In this document: piece by piece, positions 62,400-64,000 of the stretch
Layout: each line of letters begins with the position of its first letter
Numbering within the stretch: the first letter of the stretch is position 1
Assembly (NCBI GenBank): GCA_963802945.1
Contig: CAWDKY010000017.1
Span: 256,001 to 320,000 of the forward strand
DNA from: an uncultured delta proteobacterium
GTDB taxonomy: Bacteria > Desulfobacterota > RBG-13-43-22
DNA: 64,000 bases
Direction: 5' to 3'
Program-made: the position numbers and the translations under genes
The notes under the pieces: generated by a model
The model's database searches: none
What the model was told of the DNA's origin: nothing
What the model saw: the letters and a program-made list of their open reading frames with translations, nothing else

Positions 62400-63356
62400 C
62401 TAAGCGGTAAAGGTCAATTTAGTCCCCGACATGTTTAAAAGAAATTGTGTCGGCATCTCTTTTTCTATATGCATAATGGCCTTGCGGCCGGTGCAGTGGG
62501 TAGGGACGACAAAGGTCGGATTGAACTTCTTTAACTCTTCTGTCGTTCGACCGATAATGGGCTCGAAGGCCGGGCCAGACAGATGGAAGCCTCCCATGAC
62601 GGCATGGATTTTTTCAATACCCGTCACTTCTTGGGCATGACGGACTGTATTGACGATACCGGAATGGGCGCAGCCGGAAAGAATGACCAGGCCTTTGCCC
62701 TTGAGATTTATCACGACGGATGTGTCATCTTCAATGGGGTCCCACTTTTCCGCGCCGTTTTCTTCAAAATGGGCAACAGCAAACCCTTTTTCGAAATCCG
62801 TCTGCCGGGGGATTTCCCCCAAAAATAAGATATCGCCAGCAAGGAGCGGATAAGGGTTTTTGGTTTCCATAATTTGAAAGCCCGCCTGTTCAATATTTTC
62901 CTTTGTCAATTTTGGAAAATAGATCTTTAATTGATCGTTGATTTTAAAGTATCGCGGTGATTTGAAAGCAGCAGGGTGGATAGCAATGGGGATGTCTTTC
63001 TTGCCGATCATGGCCCCAAGTGTTGCAATGCCGCCCGTATGGTCGCTGTGACCGTGAGAAAGCGCCACCGCCTCCACCTGCGTCATGTCTGCGTCGAGGG
63101 CTTTCGCATTGGCTGCCGCCCCATATTCGGAAAAGCCAAAATCGAACAACAGGGTTCGCGTCCGATCACCCGTTTGTGTTTTTACAACGGCGCAATAGCC
63201 GTGTTCCGCCAAAATGGACTGGCGAATATTGCCCTCCTTCACCACTGCTGCACGTTTGATGATTTCACTATTGTCGCCGGCGGTAATCTCAATGTAATTG
63301 TCCTGCAGGGTCAGTATTTCGCATTTGTCGACTGCTTTTAACGGATATTGCGCCAT
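62400..63356 (-). CDS. MBL-fold metallo-hydrolase (COG1237-like)
   Basis: AEHG, LFDFG, SHGHSDHTGG, SGCAHSG, GGFHL, PTHCTG. Confidence 0.9.
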   Translation of the reverse strand: MAQYPLKAVDKCEILTLQDNYIEITAGDNSEIIKRAAVVKEGNIRQSILAEHGYCAVVKTQTGDRTRTLLFDFGFSEYGAAANAKALDADMTQVEAVALSHGHSDHTGGIATLGAMIGKKDIPIAIHPAAFKSPRYFKINDQLKIYFPKLTKENIEQAGFQIMETKNPYPLLAGDILFLGEIPRQTDFEKGFAVAHFEENGAEKWDPIEDDTSVVINLKGKGLVILSGCAHSGIVNTVRHAQEVTGIEKIHAVMGGFHLSGPAFEPIIGRTTEELKKFNPTFVVPTHCTGRKAIMHIEKEMPTQFLLNMSGTKLTFTA

Positions 63357-63386
63357 CGTTCAAATCCCCCTCTTTTCAAATATTTT

Positions 63387-63670
63387 TTAATCGAACGCCA
63401 TGCTCGTCTTCCAGACTTCACAAGCCTTGCCCACCAAATCCGTACCGGGTGTTAAGGTCGTTTTGCCCGGCTGCCGGCCTGATGGCGTGGCCTTACTGGT
63501 GTCCCGAGCATGTCGAAAGGCCTTGACCTGCCTAAGGAGTTCCGAGATATTTCTGCCAACAGGAGGGGTGAGGATTTCTATGGCCTGGATAATCCCGTCA
63601 GGGTCTATCTGGAAACAGCCCCTGATGCCGACACCGGCGTCTTAATCATAGACACCATAAAACTTTCCTT
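63387..63670 (-). pseudogene. C-terminal remnant of a PrxU/AhpC-type peroxiredoxin
   Basis: YGVYD*DAGVGIRGCFQIDPDGIIQAIEILTPPVGRNISELLRQVKAF..ATPSG..PG..LVGK..VWK; stop at 63642-63644, N-terminal half absent. Confidence 0.8.
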
Positions 63671-63706
63671 GCATGGAAGATTCCCTGCATCTGGTCCAGA
63701 AAATCT

Positions 63707-64000
63707 TCAAATTACCAAATTCCTTTTGACTATTTCTGCTACATCCATCACCTGGAGTTTGTCGTCCAATGCCTCTGCCTTGACGGCATCTTCAAGCATC
63801 TTGGCGCATTGAGGGCAGACCACCGCTAAAATCTCGGCACTGGTTTCTAGGGCTTCCCGAACGCGGACCCTGGCCGGACTGTCTTCCCCCGGCCCGATGA
63901 TGTCGGTGAAGAAATTTCCCCCACCTCCGCCACAGCAAAAGGCACTCTCTCTGTTCCTGCGCATCTCCACCAATTCCAGACCGGGGATGCTCTTTAATAT
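63707..64000 (-). CDS. C-terminal CCG domain of an Fe-S oxidoreductase (partial, continues beyond the window)
   Basis: LVEM.RNRE.AFCCGGGGG, VCPQC..MLED. Confidence 0.88.
   Translation of the reverse strand: MLKSIPGLELVEMRRNRESAFCCGGGGGNFFTDIIGPGEDSPARVRVREALETSAEILAVVCPQCAKMLEDAVKAEALDDKLQVMDVAEIVKRNLVI

Overview
The window looks like chromosomal DNA from an anaerobic, LPS-producing deltaproteobacterium (Desulfobacterota-like; inferred from gene content and order). 1-30 kb is a mosaic surface-glycan locus. It holds an SGNH fragment, a NodU/CmcH carbamoyltransferase with SxtJ- and SxtK(DUF5989)-like membrane proteins, two GT-C transferases, a CBM-glycoside hydrolase, amino-sugar genes, an AT-rich MBOAT/SGNH cassette, GT2/GT4, a B12 radical SAM gene, IS and gene remnants, galE and DUF362. 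30-56 kb is housekeeping: purB, mfd, two hsp20, a MesB-like methionine synthase, efp, ftsB, mrp, larE, pyrG-kdsA-kdsC-lptCAB-rpoN-hpf-ptsN-rapZ-EIIA-rimI, an ECF/anti-sigma pair, usp and coaE. 56.7-64 kb is a redox cluster: a cytochrome b/heme c/HdrC fusion plus hdrB, CCG Fe-S proteins, a probable UGA-recoded selenoprotein, an MBL hydrolase and a peroxiredoxin remnant. The best candidates for something new are (i) an unannotated 52-aa membrane peptide ending in the DltX/PatC-type F-I-Y-x-x-F acyl-shuttle motif, beside a carbamoyltransferase and an SGNH gene, (ii) the heme c-bearing membrane HdrC-HdrB pair, and (iii) a dense family of intergenic inverted 7-9-nt tandem-repeat hairpins and small palindromic mobile elements. 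Several single-base frameshifts, including in kdsA and lptB, are probably sequencing errors. All calls come from reading motifs by eye; no searches were run.
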